A stretch of 53,821 bases of DNA from a virus. Its lineage: Duplodnaviria > Caudoviricetes. How positions within the stretch are numbered: the stretch's first letter is position 1; every line of letters begins with the position of its first letter. Positions 52,917-53,821 of the stretch are shown piece after piece. Position numbers and translations under genes: made by a program. The stretch is taken from positions 1 to 53,821 of the IMG/VR virus record IMGVR_UViG_3300030106_006616. The stretch is one strand, 5' to 3'. Under the pieces are notes generated by a model that saw nothing but the letters and a program-made list of their open reading frames with translations, ran no database searches and was not told where the DNA came from.

Positions 52917-53603
52917 TTAGTTAGAGCTATCAAACTCGTGCAATTTTCTAAGAATTCTTGCAACAATACCGCTGCGAATGATGTCAGAGTAATCTAATTC
53001 GCAAATTCCTACTCCCTCAACAAGCTCTAGGGTATCCATACATCTTTCAAGACCCCCACTAGCATCTCCTAAGTCAGTCTGTCTAAGATCTCCATTGATA
53101 ACAGCTTTGGAGTTTCTACCTATCCTAGTTATGAACATTTTTATTTGTTCAAAGGTAGCATTTTGAGCTTCATCTAATATCATGAAGCATTCATGGAAAT
53201 TTCTTCCTCTCATATATTCTAATGGACAAAGCTCTATAGTTCCATTCTCTCTTAGAGTATCGACTCTAGTAGGAGTTAGATACATATTCATCTCTTCGAT
53301 GATAGGAACTAGATAGGGATTTATTTTTTCAATAAGAGTTCCCGGTAGATGTCCAAGACCTCGCCCAGATTCTACGACAGGTCGAGTTATTATTATCTTC
53401 TTTACTTTTTCTGACATGAGATATTCACATGCCAAGCCAACAGCAACGCTAGTCTTGCCAGAGCCCGCAGGCCCTGAGCAAAACGTCACGTCTGAGTCTT
53501 CCATCTCATCTATATAGAATTGTTGATTGTCGGTCTTTGCCTTTAAGGACTTTCGTCTTTGAGGCCTTTGGTTTTGGTCAGATACTTTTTTTCTTCTTGC
53601 CAT
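52917..53603 (-). CDS. phoH: PhoH-family ATPase
   Basis: Motifs GPAGSGKT, ITRP.VE, LG.LPG...EK..PY, YMRGR.F, ILDEAQN, TRIG..S and GD..Q.D. Confidence 0.95.
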   Translation of the reverse strand: MARRKKVSDQNQRPQRRKSLKAKTDNQQFYIDEMEDSDVTFCSGPAGSGKTSVAVGLACEYLMSEKVKKIIITRPVVESGRGLGHLPGTLIEKINPYLVPIIEEMNMYLTPTRVDTLRENGTIELCPLEYMRGRNFHECFMILDEAQNATFEQIKMFITRIGRNSKAVINGDLRQTDLGDASGGLERCMDTLELVEGVGICELDYSDIIRSGIVARILRKLHEFDSSN

Positions 53604-53615
53604 TAATAACCTTTT

Positions 53616-53821
53616 TTAACCACTACATAGTCCATTAGCACCCTCACCATTAAAGGTCCCATCGTAAGAAGGAGGATAGCATGTACATGCACAGTTTATT
53701 TGTGACGTTTCATCAAAAACCCACTCCGATCCGTCCCAATTATATACGCAGCTTTCAGTATCATTACAAGTTGGCTGTCCTCCGCTAGGATCTGAACAAC
53801 ACGCCTCAACATTCACGAATA
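53616..53821 (-). CDS. 3' end of a Cys-rich protein (frame is open to the window edge)
   Basis: ...ACCSDP...TC...SC...NCACTC...LCSG*. Confidence 0.55.
   Translation of the reverse strand, partial: FVNVEACCSDPSGGQPTCNDTESCVYNWDGSEWVFDETSQINCACTCYPPSYDGTFNGEGANGLCSG

Noticed and set aside
1-53821. Stop-codon reassignment, tRNA or rRNA genes, tail sheath gene
   Set aside because: Genes are full length and tightly packed under the standard code, with TAA, TAG and TGA all used as stops. I recognised no cloverleaf or rRNA-like segments in the short intergenic gaps, and no sheath-like ORF lies next to the tube gene.

Overview
This window is a fragment of a large, AT-rich tailed dsDNA phage genome read in the standard bacterial code. 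It looks siphovirus-like because no tail-sheath gene is visible, and phoH suggests an aquatic origin. It has two convergent arms that meet at a terminator near 28.6 kb. The + arm (1-28.6 kb) is virion morphogenesis: beta-helix fibre proteins, neck proteins, major tail protein, an inserted actin-like ATPase with a membrane protein, two paralogous chaperone-like genes, a 2557-aa tape measure protein, Cys-rich tail-tip proteins and a TylF-type methyltransferase. The - arm (28.6-53.8 kb) covers replication, recombination and modification: PhoH, RecA, DnaB, DnaG, dNMP kinase, a Cas4-like nuclease, a TnpB/Cas12f-like protein, an intein-free split DnaE with a DEDDh exonuclease and a Zn-ribbon microprotein between the halves, a sigma factor and a glycosyltransferase cluster. 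The most notable signal is an operon-embedded TnpB-like gene with a non-canonical D-D-H RuvC triad. It is followed by a roughly 90-nt pseudoknotted RNA element that recurs 7.3 kb away (after recA) with compensatory base changes, and both copies sit directly upstream of a nuclease gene. All family calls come from motif recognition by eye; no database searches were run.
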